Positions 1 through 15,300 are shown, numbered from the stretch's first letter. The stretch is DNA of 64,000 nt from Eledone cirrhosa (GCA_964016885.1 OZ024743.1:118916001-118980000); one strand, 5' to 3'. Numbers and translations: made by a program. Notes: generated by a model from the sequence alone, not told the origin.

Positions 1-104
1 GAAGCATGAGAATGATGAGAGGCTACCGACCATTAGGTGAGAGGGCTGGAGAGAGTGAGAATGGTATATGATGATGATAATAATAATAATAATAATAATA
101 ATGC

Positions 105-428
105 GTTCTGACTTAGGCACAAGGCCAGGAAGAATTTCTGGAGAAGGGGAAAGTCGATTAATTCTACCCCAGTACGTTACTGGTACTTCATGTTATCGAT
201 CCCATAAGGATGAAAGTCAAAGCTAACAAAGGCGTGATTAGAACGTAAAGAGACATAACTCCATAATAATTGTTTCTACTTTTGCCACAAGGCCATATTT
301 TATCGACCCGTAAGGATGAAAGGCAAAGTTAACCTCGGCGGGATTTGAACTCAGATCGTAAAGGGACGTAACTATGCTGGAAAACATGGCGTCCAACTCA
401 CTACCTATACTGCCAATCCACTACCCTT
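105..428 (-). mobile_element. Two adjacent copies of a tRNA-derived SINE (family A)
   Basis: Repeated core tttatcgaccc..aaggatgaaaggcaaagttaacctcggcgggatttgaactcaga (reverse complement includes B-box-like GAGTTCAAATCC), with an (AAT)n tail at 78-102. Closely similar to copies at 31.6, 38.1 and 47.0 kb. Confidence 0.85.
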
Positions 429-3400
429 AACTCCATAATAATAAGAGAATAAATGTGCAAAGACACATTGTGTTATACGAGAGGGAGAATTGGCAAAGCG
501 AAAGAAAGAGGGTTATTGAGAGAAGTTTTGGTAGGGAACAAATAAGAGAACGTAAGAAGTAAGCAGACGAAGGTGACTGAATCAGTCGGAAAAGATAGGA
601 AACGAGAGAGAAAGAGAGGGGAAAGAGAGAGAGAGTGATGAATGAGTAGCCTTTATAGTTAATGGAGACGGAGAGACAAATAAGTGTAATTATAAATAGA
701 AATAGTTGTTCGTGGAAGGTTTTGTTTTGTCCTTTCCTGACTGCTAATGATGTTCTTCGAGCAGTCTCGGAAGTATGGTTGAGTCTAGTTGAAAGTAATA
801 TGATAAACAAATATAAATATAAAAAAAACGATAAACTGAAAAAAATAAATAAAAGAATGCTAATACTTAATTCCAGTTTACACATTCCAAATATTGTTTG
901 CTAGAACAAATTTACGTTCAACAATATACAATGTTTAGCAATTGCTTATAGAAACCCATAGCTTTCACTAAAAAAAAAGTAGAAAAGAGAAGAAGAAAAG
1001 AGAAGAAGAAAAGAGAAGAAGAGAAGAGAAGAAGAAAAGAGAGAAATAAAAGAAAAGAATAGAATTTCTCAGAAGAAAACAATAACTTATGAGAGAAAGC
1101 TTGAACTAAAACCATTTCAGTTCACGAGTAGAAATGAGTTTTCAGTTATAAATATCTTGTATAGATCGTATTCATTCACATTTATGTTAAAGGCTTACTA
1201 TGAAACCCCTTAACGGTTGTTTTGACCATGCATATTGACTCGTAGATTCAATGTGTTCTGGTAGTGTATCTTGTTTACACATCAGAGAACATATCTAAAA
1301 GGCTTATCATTTATGTAGGTTCGTTTTTTCCAGCTTAGAGTTCCTTACAATCAGGTAAAAATCAATGGCTGCAGAAATAATATATGCAAGGTAAGAATCG
1401 AAGAGGACCGATATTTTGAGGAGCAAGGACCGTGGATAATGTGAGAATATGGGTCTTAGACGCAACATGGCCATCAGGAGGAAGAAAGGCATGTACGTTG
1501 AGTGTGCCTGGGTGGAAGTGCGAAGAGACAAGCCAATTCCGACGAAAAGTGCCCTTTAGAGTAATGGTAGAAAATGCAGAGAGGAAACACACGATGTTTC
1601 TTGGTCAGAAGCAGGAGTATTCTTGTAAATGAATTCTTGACTCTATAAAATCAAATATACACGTGTATGGCAAATACTTCTTATGCCTAGCACTAAGCAA
1701 TGTCTGATGATGTCTAATAAGACCAAAGCAGGCCTGGTATAGTTACCATACACCCTAAAGTTCTTCCTATTTTTAATTAATTTAAGTTCTGGGGATTTCA
1801 CCCCTGGTGTTCTTGATCGGATTCATTAAGATAATTGACTCTCCCCACTATATGCATAATTCTAGTTAATAAAAATTTGTTGAGTCGCTACATTAATTAT
1901 GATAGCGGCTACTTTACTAAATATGTTTCATGCAGCAGCGTACTTGGTTATTTCCCTACACAACCACAATATCATTCTGCTAAATTTTCAATAGATTTAT
2001 CTAACTGTAAATCTATACAATTTGTTGGCTTAGTTAGCTTTAAAGTAAACGATGAAATGTCTGAAGAGAGCTGAAGAAACCAACTGAAACCCACTCGTGT
2101 ATAACGTTCACCGAAGACTACTTCTTCGGTGGTGCCAAACGACATAAGCACAATAGATTAGAGAAGGTATTACAATTCTAAATATAAACATTATGTAAAT
2201 AAAGCTATTCAAAATTAATTACCACATTCCACTGAAATAAATAATCTAAGTAGCTTACTATGACTCCCAATATTGTAAGGACACGCACATACACATGCTT
2301 ACGCTGTACACACACTATTATATTCTTTCTAAACAGAAAATGCTTGGTGTTGGTCGAGGGAGAGGAAAGAACTTTGCACATTAGTCAAAAACCTATTATG
2401 GATCCTTTCCCAAATAAATTCGCTGAAACCAAATTAATCAGCAAAATTCGGCCTATTGAACAATTAAAACCCATTTTATCAATTAGATTACATAGCTGTT
2501 TCATTATAATTCTTCGTATAATCAAGAAAAAATACATCGGATTAGCAATATTCTCCAAAGCCCATCCTTTCTAGCTTATAAGCATCTTTATCCATCCCCG
2601 GGTTACATGGTTCTATCAAGCAGAACTAACTATGTAAAATTTGTCAATGAAAAAGGTTACCAATGCAGAAAACAAGCTCAAAATTATTGTAGAAGTAAAT
2701 AAATAGACAATGAAGAAACAATAAATAAACCAATATTCTATATAAATAAGTAATATTGCAATAACAACCAGCAGAATGTATTGTTGGTTGGACAAGTGGA
2801 GAGCCAAATTACACTATTATAGTGCTTATCCTTTTCCTATATATTCTAAGTTCAAATCCCATAAATTTAACATTTATCTTTATTTTTTACCTCTTTGGGT
2901 CGATGGGAAAATGCCGGAAATGTACTTATTTCTATTTAATCGATTGAGCTGCCTATCTCAGAACAACTGTTAAAGTATTTTGCAAAATAATCAATAATAC
3001 TCAATTTAAAAGGAAAACTACGCAGTGATTCACCAATTAGTTATAATATTAATTTGTTTTTCTGTTGCTTCCTTCTGGCCCAGTATAAAGAAACATTCAG
3101 AAAATATATAAAAGTGCATCAATTTTTGTTTTCTAGTTCAGTGATGCGGAAACAGTTTGTAAACAATCAAGGATATGTTTTACAGTTGCCTATATCACAA
3201 TGTATATTAACCATTTCTCAACAGCTTTTCTCAATAGCAAATGTATTTTTTTTTTAAAATACAAATGACGAAGAGGCTTATATTATTGGTGTATAAACGT
3301 AGTGTTTGTGCTATTGTTATAAATAGATAAGAGCTGTAATGAAACCAAAACACGTCTTTTCAATACTGTAAAAATGATATTGATACAATTTAAAAAAACC

Positions 3401-3682
3401 TCGTTGAAAAAGTGAATCCTTATCAAATTTCTTAAGCAATTTCTTGTTTTTTTCCTAACATTCCTCTGTTATCAATAAAGAAATATACATATACTCCAGT
3501 ATTTATTGATAATATATGAGTGTTGAAAGGATATATATATATATGTGTGTGTGTGATGACCTTGTGATAAACAAGCGAAACTCCAGAGTAACAAGACTCA
3601 CTATTTAGCCTTAATGAAATAAACACACACACACACACACATACACACACACACACACACACATACACACACACACACACAC

Positions 3683-3715
<33 letters not shown>

Positions 3716-4497
3716 CGTATGTGTGTGTCTCTGTCTCTGCCTGTGTGTCCTACAAAATTCTGACTCTGTTTTTAATTTTACATAGTTGAACGATTTTCGA
3801 GCGAATAATTTCAAATTTCAATGTGTTTTCTGAGCGGGTAATAATTGAGGGTACATTATAGCATTAAAGCATAAAATTAGGAAGAATGTGAAATACTATT
3901 AATGAACTAAGAAATAGTATGAAAACTTTCGAAAAATTTCTTCATTTTCATTGTCATACATTCCCCCATCCACACCCACGTTTATGCTTTGCTTTAGACG
4001 TCTCATCTTCAATTTTCGATTTACATTAAACATATTTCAAATCATCTTTTTAGATTTTACACAAAGAAAGAAACAATAAATACATCAACATTCAGAGATT
4101 TTGAAAGAAATGTGAGGCAAACATTTGTCGTTTCTCTTAAACGTTTAAGTGTATTTCAATATTATATTTTTTTTAAGCTTAACGTGTTAAAGTTATGTCT
4201 TCAAAAATTTACATTTCTATTGTTTATTAACCTTTGACACAACAAATATAACGGGGCTGTATAGCAAAAAAAGATGCGGAATTCTTGAATTTCGAAACAA
4301 TTTACGTTAGCTTAGAGCTTCAGCATAGGGTTTCTTGTCATGTAAACTGAAACAAAAGAGTTGGGATGGGAGGCGAGGAAAGATACGTCTTTTGTTGTTA
4401 CTGTCAATTCGTTTTTACTTTTCGGAGGGCATTGTAATCATAAAATATTGCAACTGTTTTAACAAATACTAAAATGTTGGTGTTATATATATATATG

Positions 4498-4547
<50 letters not shown>

Positions 4548-5646
4548 ACAATGTCTTCATTACAGATAACTGAAGAGCCTGTTATTATTTTCTTCGTAAC
4601 ATTACATATGTCGGTTATTTTCAAGAAAAAAAATTAATGAATAAATTTCGAAAACCGTTTCATACGTTCACTACATTTTTGCCTAAATATATAGCTACCA
4701 AAATGTAACCAAATACCAATGTGGTAATATATATATATACATATATATACATACACACATACATATATATATATATATATACACGCACATGCATATTATA
4801 CATGTGTGTGTATATGTGTGCGCGCGCATGTAATCATGTCTTGCTTTCTAAACACCAAATCATCATGCAACCCAAGCTAAATTTTCTATTTTTTTCGTTC
4901 ACAAACCTAAGCATACATGCAAGGGAACCAAAAAATTAATCAATTCTCAAAGACATGCTAATGAAGAAAAGAAAGAAAAAAATGTAATTCGACTGAAGGA
5001 ATACCGAATTTTCTCATTACTATCTGTCTTCAATTACAAACTCTGTTTCAGTTTACAAAATGATAGGTAGTTAACTCCCCGCTACTACAAAGAAAGTTAG
5101 CTAAAATATGTCACACACACATGGAAGTAGACCCTTGTACTCGCCGAAACAAATAACATTTCCTGGCATTACATGAGGAATCTAAGATATGCACATATAT
5201 ATAATGATTGTTATTGTTATAATTTATGTGATTCTTTTCAGTATCTGAAAAGTGGTCTAGTTATGTGCTTCAACAATTCAGAAATTTAGGCATATTTTGT
5301 CAAGCCTATTTCCTTAATGGTGCATATTTCACTTCCACATTTTAGACAACAATCATATATGAGAAATGTTTTATATGGTATGATATTCTTCCTTTATTAT
5401 CCAAGCCTATGCCAGGGTTTCAATGCAAGATGTTATGTTTCCCTTTCAATGACTCCCATACCCCTAATTTCTTGGTCTAATTGTTTATATGAGAATATTT
5501 TATCTGAAATTACTGCCTTGATACAAAACCTCGGCAACAACTGGATTATAAAAGCATTTTCTAATTCCAAATAGTGTTAGTGTTAGTTCCATTATTGCAT
5601 CAGCGCGCGAGCAAATGCAAACCAGGAAGGTAAAGACATCTCTTAC

Positions 5647-5853
5647 TTGTGAATTGTCCAAATGGTGGCAAGCGTTGCTGAGTATATGACTGCACAGGTT
5701 TCAGTTCAGTCAAGTTGCTAGACACCACGGAACCCGACGGAGAGCCAGTGGTTTCAATGTTGGAACCATTCCTTCTGTTCAGTTGCTGCTTGGATGAAGT
5801 CTGTGGTGCTGTGTGATTGTTCGTGGGGTTGCCGCCATTACCACCACTATTGA
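5647..5853 (-). CDS. Pax2/5/8: Pax2/5/8 coding exon, C-terminal region; 207 bp, phase 1/1
   Basis: Acceptor ctttgtcccctttgacaacag and donor ACAA|gtaaga. Translates to (V)NSGGNGGNPTNNHTAPQ...SSNLTELKPVQSYTQQRLPPFGQFT, in frame with the preceding exon. There is no stop, so further exon(s) follow. Confidence 0.88.
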
Positions 5854-5984
5854 CTGTTGTCAAAGGGGACAAAGCATGCCATGCAAAAAAAGCAGGTATC
5901 TTACATGCAGTGCAGAAAGAATTTCATAGCCATATCAGAACAAGATTTTACTTTCAAAAATGGTAATAAAATAACATAACATAT

Positions 5985-6046
<62 letters not shown>

Positions 6047-9009
6047 TTAATAAATGTAAAAAAAAAAAGCATTCCAAAATTGGTTTTAACACAACATACC
6101 TCATAATAAATGTAACAAGAAAATACTTTTCATTTCCAGCAGACACTTTTATTTTTTAAATTGCTATGACATTTCAAAGAACGTTCATTTATAAAACTAG
6201 ATACATATCAATATTTATTTCCTCGCTCTATATAGCAAGTTAAAATCATTCCAGGTACGAAGTTACTATTCATCCTTACAATCTCCAACGCTATTATCTA
6301 CAGGGTTATTCCCACTTTATATTTTCAACTGGTCCAGCCTTTCGATACATATTTATAGATTTTATTAATAAACCTGCACATCATAATTTTCAGTTTTTGG
6401 CATACTGAAATATGTTTTGTTTTTAATATTTAAAACATATAATCTGATAATGGAATTGAAATCGGTGAATATACCTCAAATCTCAGATGGAACGATGTGA
6501 GTATCAAACTGATAGTACAGTTTTGTTTACAGTTACAGAACATATGTCCTTGACAGAGTTTAATTGCAAAGCTATATATTTTTTTTAGACATATCTTTTG
6601 AAAAGTGTAATAGTTCTATCAGTCGAGACAATCCACCAGACGCTTGATGAAATATTTTCTGTTCATGACAACGACTTGATGCATTTAAATATAGTTTATA
6701 TTTGGAATACATTATCCTATGCGTCTTTTCCTTTCTAGGGCGATTTGAAACAGAATTGGCTTTTATTCTTTGCAAACTCGTAGAATATCCTTTTTTCACT
6801 CGTGTTATACTAACGATTATCAAACCAAGAGTGATATGTATAATAGCTCAGTGAATGTATGAATTAAACGACGTTTTTCAGATATCTACAAGCTAAATCT
6901 TCTTGGTTTGTCACAGCAGTTATCTAAGTGAATACATATTGGAATTGAAGTTAGATACTCGTGTCCTACCGCCCCAAACATTAAGTATATTCGTTCAAAT
7001 GTCATTTCGCAGCAGCATTATATATGTTACAAATATATAAATATACATTAGTGCAGTTTTATATTTTCAAATGTATTTATGGTACTACAGCAATATTTGA
7101 AAACACTTTATTTTTGTTTTATCCCACAAATAGTACTTTGAATGCAAGTAACGAACTCGACAGTAATGGACTAATAGAAATTAGTGATCAAAATGCAATG
7201 CGACCAGAATTTAACTTTAAATATATTTTTGTTTCACATACTACTTCCCAATACACACAAGTTCATTTCTCAACATCACAGTGATTCCAAACAGAGAGAA
7301 TGTACTTGCTGGGCGGTTTAAATCATTCGAAACCGATTATTGTCAAAAGTGTTTTGCCGAGGAGAACCATGACAGCAATTTAGCATTAAGTGCAATTATA
7401 ATGATATTCTAATGATATTTCATACGAATTCCAATTTACAAAAACTTCAGATGTCGGACGAGTTTCAACTATTATACAGAAACATATTTTAAAACCCTTT
7501 CTTTCAAGTAAGGACGTTCGACAATTGACGTGCGCCTGATAAGCTCTAAAATACAGCACGTACAAGAAGTTCGCAACGAAGAGCATATTTATTCCTCGTG
7601 AGGAAGCTGGAAATCGTTTTAGTTAAGCAGATAGGTTATATAGTTGTAAATAAACCTTAAACGTTTCTGCAGTTAGTATCTGCTGGAAAAAATAATATTA
7701 TCAAATGGAACATACTAAGAAAATGCATTAAAAACAGTCTGTGGCAAGAAAATAGTCTGTAGCAATCATTGAGGTTATAAAGCACAATAACTTTCAAAAT
7801 CGACCATACCCAAATATAACCAACAAACCAATTAAAACAACGATGATATTACTTCTCTGACTTCTTTGTATTTTTCAATTATCATTTCTAGGAGGATTTA
7901 TTTACTATTTCACATATTACTCCCATTGTTTCTATTATTTTTTTTTCAGTCAGAAAGGTAATCGACACAGACAATTACGGGGGAAAACCAAACAAGAAAC
8001 CAATTGTATTAGTTTTTGTTGTTGTATTGTTTTAATTTTATCCATATTGTGTAATTCACCAATACGATATATAATATATTACATATAAATGTAATATCTT
8101 CATGGTGCTAAGTCTTCTTTCCCAGATGAAAGTATCTTTCTATTTGGTAAAGAAGCACGCTATCATACGTAATTCTTGTATGAAACGAAAAAAAAGTTGA
8201 GATTTATACTAGTTAAATCTATCACAAACATAGTTTGGGATAATATTTGAAATATCCTTTCTTTCAGTTTAATTTTACATAAAATAAAACAACCAAATAA
8301 TCTTTGGTGTGAAATGTGACAACCATTTTGAATTTATGTTCTCAGCACAAGTATCATCAATTTGTATGATATAATGAATAGCTCACATCAGTTACAAGCT
8401 TAACTACTTACTGTTTATAATATTAATAAATTATGCATTATTCTTTGAATTCAATCATTTATTTAATTAGCATAATCATTATAGCTTTTATGGTTCACTG
8501 AATAACTCATTTGAATATTTTTACGAGACAAAGATGGATTTTTTAAACTCCGAGGTTACGAAAATTTAATGTAAATTTCAGATTAACGATTGGTTTATTG
8601 TTCAGTTTTTACCCCAAATTTTTTTTTCATATTCAAATTTTGAATGAATGTATAAGCATGCATTTCTTGATGTAAATATTTTACTCCTTATAAATACATG
8701 CTTAAACAAAAACGAAGTTATGTGAATTTTACGTTTTAATTCAGCAACGCACAACACCCTATATGTATAAAATATATTGGTACTTTGAAGAAAATATTTT
8801 ATATCTTTTTTTGTTTGGTTGATGCATTTCTTTCTTTTTGGAAGTAAGTAAAAGAAAGGCATGTTTTTCTGTAAAATATCTTTACTAATATATTGAGTAG
8901 TGTTAGTATTTTAAATGAAAACATTAGGGATTTTGCTCATAACTAGTACAGATATAAATATTAATAATAAGAATATTTACAAAAAAACATGCTTCTCTCA
9001 AATGTTATG

Positions 9010-9044
<35 letters not shown>

Positions 9045-11744
9045 TCAAATCCCCTTCTTTGTGTTCTTCGTGTGTCCCTTCTCTCGCGTGAAAAAATAGT
9101 TGAGCATTCAACGTTATTCAACAGGCTGATAAAATAACGTGACCCACTTTGAATGTGTCAGTTTCTAAATTATGGTGGTGATAGCAACTAGATTAGAGGA
9201 ATTTTGATTGCCGAAATTAGTCGAAAATTGTTACGGGATTGGTATCTAATAGTTTAATATCCAAGCAAAAATTGCTCCCTCCCCTCTCTCTTTTAAAACA
9301 GGCCCTCAAATACACACGACATAAATAGGACTAAAGTAATACGCAGGGAACTATTAGAAAACATCTGTAAAATTCTTTACAAAATAGATTATCTACCAAC
9401 CATCAATATTCAACATTAATGCTAAATATTGTGACAAGAAAGGAATATTGTGTTGTATAAACAATTTGTTTCTCCTGCACGTTCGTAAATGGAACTATTT
9501 AAATCATATTCCTTTCATTCCTAAACAGTTCCAACGCACAGAAACACAAACATACAGACTTGTAATTAAACCGTTTAGTAACTATACGAGGAGATTCCTT
9601 TCTATTTTAAGCACATGCTCCTAAAAATGTAAAACTAGCGAGAAAAACACATCACATTGAAAAAGCCTGCCTTCCTCGCTCTTTCTATTTAAATCTATGT
9701 TTATATTCACCGTGACACATAAGAAATTGAGGTAGAAAAGTAGAAAGATGCCGCCTCACTAAGAAAAAAGAAAACTAACTAAATTTTAAATGAGCGACGA
9801 AGAAAAGGGAAATGAAAAAATATTTGAAGTTCTAGAAGATATAAGGACTCCCAGAGGAAATTATGGTGCCATGTATTACGGTACATCCAAAAACCACAAA
9901 GGGGATTTATAAAGTGGGGCATATTTTTCTGGGTATTTTTCGTTTTGTTTTTCAGATTTTCTTTTCTTTTTTTTTTCTTTTTTATTTTGGAGAGGGAATG
10001 GTAAGATATTTTGTCTTTTTTATATTTTGTTTAATTTCTATGTTTATTTCAGTGTTCCTGATGTGCAAGTTGATGGATCTGGCACTGCTGTAGAAGTTAC
10101 CCTTCACTGCTTTTTGAATCAATAGTCTTTTGATGTAGAGATGACTTATATCTTTCTATGACCGTATAATGTAGAGAATATATCATTAACTGACTGCTTC
10201 ACCACCAGTATTTATTTACCTCGTCTAACTTACACACCGTTCCTCCGCCCAGTAAATCTAGCTATGCGTCAACAGACGAGACATACAAATAAAAGGAAGG
10301 GCACTTGCTATCTTTCTCTACGCAGAAATTCATACCTCATACGCAGGATTTTCGTATTCAGGAAAGGCCTGCTGAAATCATTAAAGACGAGAATGAACGA
10401 CAACTGACTCGGCTAAGTGTCCGACTAACCGACCGGACTGTGAGTATATTATTCTTACTTCCGCCAAAATGTTCTGACACCAAAATATCTTTAAATGTCT
10501 GGTAAGCGAGGGAGGAATTTCATTCTAGATGACTCATGGCTAAAATATTGTCGGCGTTGTTGTTTGGCAAAGACGTTCCAGTCGTGATACACTTGCCTTT
10601 TCTTTATTTCACTCATATTGTCCCTAGGACAAAATGATCTAAAGTGCATTTCAATTGTTGAAATTGCTTAGATGTCATTTAAAAAGATACATCTAGCTGC
10701 TTCGGCTAGCAGCCCGACATACCGCTTAAAGACTTCCCTGTAAAGTAAAACTGATATCATATCTGCAGAAGTCGTAAGTAATAAAGACTCGTCAGCAATA
10801 CTAATGTGGATCATGACATCAGTGTTGGATGCAGTTATGGCTAAGTAGTAAAAATGTGCGATTCGCAATCATGAGTTCGTGGCCATATCCTGATTGGATA
10901 AGTGTATTTTATCATAGACTCGGTAAAAATAATTACTAATTATAACATATGTACCAAATCTCCTTTATATTACACTTGAGGAAGAAAGTATATTGGATAG
11001 TATAGTCTGTGTTACAATGTATTTTGATTAGCCTTTAGTTGTAGGCTTGTTTAATTACAAAAATCATATTGCTAAACACCAACAACCATAAATCGTGTAA
11101 GAAACTAAACAATATCCGAAAGTTATATTTGTATATATGCTTTCTAAAATTTCATCTCTCAGTCTAATTGCAGTCTAAAGAGTGTCGACCTACATTCACG
11201 AAAGAACTATATGCTTGGAAGTTTTATGTGAAGAAAATTAAGGTTCACCAGAATAATTATTTCTGTTGCTGTAAACGACTGTGTGAGGATTGCCGAATTA
11301 CTTGCAAGCATAAATAATATTTGTCTTCCGAAATCGCACAGGGAATATATATTCGCTGTTCTCATTTTTGAGCAAAAGAAAAATTATAACTAAATTTGTA
11401 ACATAAGATATCAAAAGATCGCAAATAATTCTCTCTTCTTACACTGGCACCGGTACACAGCAGGCAAATAGATCAAGAGATAGTATTTAAAACACTCTAT
11501 TATATATTCCGTATATTAGAGACGCCAGAAATTAACAAATTTAAGAGATTCTTATTAGAATAATACTCTCTGAAACCAGAACCTATTCCTATTTCAATAT
11601 AGCCACATATCCTTACTTTATTAAACAATTATTATGTTGTTTTCAAGATCACTTCATCAAGGTAACGAAAACTGGTTTCTCTCTGTATTTCAATCTTCTG
11701 TGAGAAGAGAGGACTCGTTAGGTTATAAATTCAGCGAGAAAATA

Positions 11745-11972
11745 TGGCGCCAGTAGCTTGGCCGGATTCGTAGAGTATTGGACAAAATGCTTTTGCCATA
11801 TATGTTTCGGCTCTTTAGCTTCTGAATTTAGTTTTCTGCTGACTTCAAATTTCATTTCTATCGTTTTGGGGTCGATACAATCTAGCACCAGTCAAATGCT
11901 GTGGTCAATTTAATAGACTTTTCCCACTCCACACTAGTTGCTGGCCCTACGCTTAAATTAAACACAATCATT
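11745..11972 (+). mobile_element. Diverged SINE family A copy
   Basis: Degenerate match to the family A core (ttttggggtcgatacaa..accagtcaaatgctg) and 3' end (ttgctggccct..cttaaattaaacacaatcattatt). Confidence 0.65.
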
Positions 11973-11976
11973 ATTT

Positions 11977-12300
11977 GTGAAGGCGCATGGCTTAGTTAGG
12001 ACATTGGGCTTGGAACTAAGAGGTTGTCAGTTCGATTTGGTGCGTTGTATCCTTGAACAACACATTTTATTTCATATTGCTCCAGTTTACTCAGTTGTAG
12101 AAGTGAGTTGCGACGTCACTGGTGCCAAGCTGTATTGGCCATTGCCTTTCCCTTCGACAACATTGGTGGCGTGGAGAGGAGAGACTGGTATACATGGGCG
12201 ACTGCTGGTCTTCCACAAACAAACCTTGCTCAGGCTTGTGCCTCGAAGGGAAACTTTCTAAGTGCATAACAATAGTCATTAGTTATCGATGGAGCACTCA
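11977..12300 (+). mobile_element. tRNA-derived SINE (family B), near full length
   Basis: A-box-like ggcgcatggcttagttagg and B-box-like agttcgatt, then gttgtatccttgaacaacacattttatttcatattgctccagtttactcagttg, which is shared with 44.7 kb and inverted at 35.26 kb. Confidence 0.75.
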
Positions 12301-15300
12301 AATTATTATTTAATAACGTTATTTGCTGTAAACACACATTCTTTCTGTTTCGGTATGTGTAAATGATTTTGAATTTGAAAGGAACGCATTTTTACGGCTA
12401 CATATGCTAAGCTTTTTCAAAAACCTATACAACTATTAAGATTAAAAGGTATTCATCAGTTTTCCTTTCCGAAGAAAATTTGAAAACTTAAACGAAGATT
12501 TAGCGATAAAACCGATTACTTTAAAGTCTTTAAATCATTTTTCAAAAACTGACGGGATTGATAAAATTAAAGAAGAATTATTTCGAATACTATAACAAAA
12601 TTACATAGAAATTTACATATCCTAAGCTTTCTTGTCATTGCAAATAGAGAATATAATAGACACAAAGGTACTACTTGAAAATGACAAATGTATATTCTAT
12701 TAGTAGAATTAAAAACAAGCAATTAGATTAGTACATAATCGTATACTCCCATCCGACCTTAAATCATAATTATTTACTTTTTAGAACGGCGCATGCCTAT
12801 ATAGATTTTAAAAGGTATGTATTTAATGCAGTAACAGAACGTGGCTTTAACAACTTTGAAATCGAAATCAAATCACTAGCTAGACTTGTTTTTATGGCAC
12901 TCAGCATTATAAGAAAAACTAATTGTTAAATAGATACCCCGCATAAAAAAGTTAATTAATGTTGTAATTATTCACGGGGGTGGGGTATCAGAGAAGTACA
13001 AGAATAGTTCGACTATTTATTTTTACCGGACTCAATGGGATAACTTTCAAAGATGATCTTAGGGGAATTTGAACGTAGAAATGTTTTCCTACAAAACTTC
13101 TAAAAGTAACATGACAACTGCTGTAATTTTCAGCTTTCTACACCAGCTTCTGTTTTAATTATAAACATCTTTTATCATTTATTTTGTGCCATAAAGTTTG
13201 CATCAAATGAATTTCATTTTTTTATGAGTTTGATTTTTCAAAAGATTATATTCCCGTATGTTTTAATTGCTTAAAATGAAAAAAAAAGCAAATTTTAATG
13301 TACTTGTTGTCTCTCCCACCACAACACCTTATCTCATATATTCTCAAGCTAACTGTTTAACCCATCACCATATGTCTGGCAGCTTTTGTTTTGCTTTGCA
13401 TCAAACATTTCATGTTAACACGCTCATCATTCCCGCCTTTGTTGTTGCCTCTATTTTTCTTTTCTTTTTACTCTGCTACAAAACTCATTATTTATTCAGT
13501 TTCAACACATTTTCAAGAAATCAAAATGAAAACATTTAAATCTATTCCAGAGGCTTTCTTAATTATTTTAAGGGATGGGTTTTATGCAAGGTTCATTTAT
13601 GTAACAAGGAACTTCTAAAAATGCAATCCTTATTTAAGTAACAGGAAAATAAAAGGTGACTAATAGTTACTAATATAAAATACCTTTTGATAAAATAGAA
13701 CAAATTAACTATTTATGGTTCTTGAAATTTTCCGTTCCTTAATAAATTCATAAAGATATATAACATCAAATAGAAATCTTCTCTCATTGATTCCAGAAAT
13801 AAATACGTTTTACAGAATGTTTGTATACCATGCAGTACACGGGGATTGTTTCCATTTTTAGAAAGCTTATTGTAATATCCGTTGCCTATTTACAAAGGCC
13901 AAGTAAATTGGCTGTAGTAAGAAAATGCTATGCTAAGGAGTACGTGTTTGTTTCGAAAATCCTATCTGAAATAACATGCTATCGAACTGAAATTGAAACC
14001 AAGTTGTGGATAACTACTATTGGCTGTTTATCATATTCTACCTCTTGTACACCACCCTTTCAATAATAATGACAACAGCTATAATATGGAAAAGATGTAG
14101 CCGAGAAAATAAATCTAATTACTTCAGAAAATACTGAGTGGTATTATTAGATGAAACTTTGCCCGAAACGGTCTCGTGTCTCTAGGCGAGAAGTCTACTT
14201 GAATGTATTCAATGACTAATATACTCCCACTCTTTGAAAAATAAATATAATGCATGTGAAAAAGCACATTAAATAACAAGGACAACAAGAAGAAAGAGAA
14301 AACTTTGTTTTCGTGTTAGATTGGTTTGTAATGTGTAGTTACAGGCCTGCTGCGTTAATTTGATTTAAGAAATCCCTGTAGCTGAAATTCTGTTGTTCGC
14401 AAATTAATAGAAGCATTTTTAGCAATGATGTATTATTTGCAAAGAATAGCTCGGAAAAGAATAGCTAAGAATAGGAGAGAGAAAATGAAATAATATTAAC
14501 ACTGGGTAGCGGGTAAAAGAAGCAGCTTTAAGAAGTTGTAGCTAATCAGATTGACGTTAAAGTTTCACCTGCCAGGGATTCCATTAACCAAAAACAGGTT
14601 TGTATATTTTTTTAAACAGGTGACATTATTCCATTATCTCCCAATGAGATACATAAAAATTTGCTGTGGAACAACAAACATAATTTCGAAGACTCAAAGT
14701 TCAACCTTCCTCAGTAAGTTTGAACATCTGTTCAACTGTTTGCACGCTAAAACATGTGCATTTACTGACATAGTTTAACGAGGAATTTTTGTATTTTCGT
14801 ATTTATTCTTATAGTAGTAAGAAACTTTGATTTTAATACAGAGCGCTGCCTGTCAACACATCAACCTCGAGTCAGTTTTCCTCTTCTGAGATAAAAAAAA
14901 ATGTTGAATACTTTACTCAAGTTATCACGTCAAAGTTAAGGAGTCGAAATTCTCATTCTCGCCAGAAACGTCCTGCTTTTAAAGTAGTCCTTCTATATGA
15001 AGGAATGATTGAAACATTCAGGCACATCTGGGGAAAATTATAAGTGCAGTCGTCAGTCAAATAAATGCGATTTCACATTCAGTCACCTGCTGTGTGTTGT
15101 GACAAATTAAAACAACAACGACAGAACATTCAAGTGTATTTCCTCTTAGATATCATTATAAAGACGATTTATTTTAATAGTGTTCCGTCGATCGGGTGGC
15201 TTTAAGACATTTTCGTTTCGGATGAAAATGAATTATGATAATACGTTTGAATATATTTAGTTTATTTAACATTGCTTCCCCGGAAATAGAAATAATGTTC

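Noticed and set aside
1400-1632. GC-richer segment with short ORFs on both strands
   Set aside because: No recognisable domain or splice context; probably a repeat fragment that I cannot classify.
5110-5181. Candidate terminal exon of Pax2/5/8 (NSSCNARKCYLFRRVQGSTSMCV*)
   Set aside because: Weak acceptor and no resemblance to Pax2/5/8 C-termini; the true 3' exons probably lie outside the window.
11977-12050. tRNA gene
   Set aside because: The A/B-box-like head does not fold into a cloverleaf and continues into SINE body sequence.
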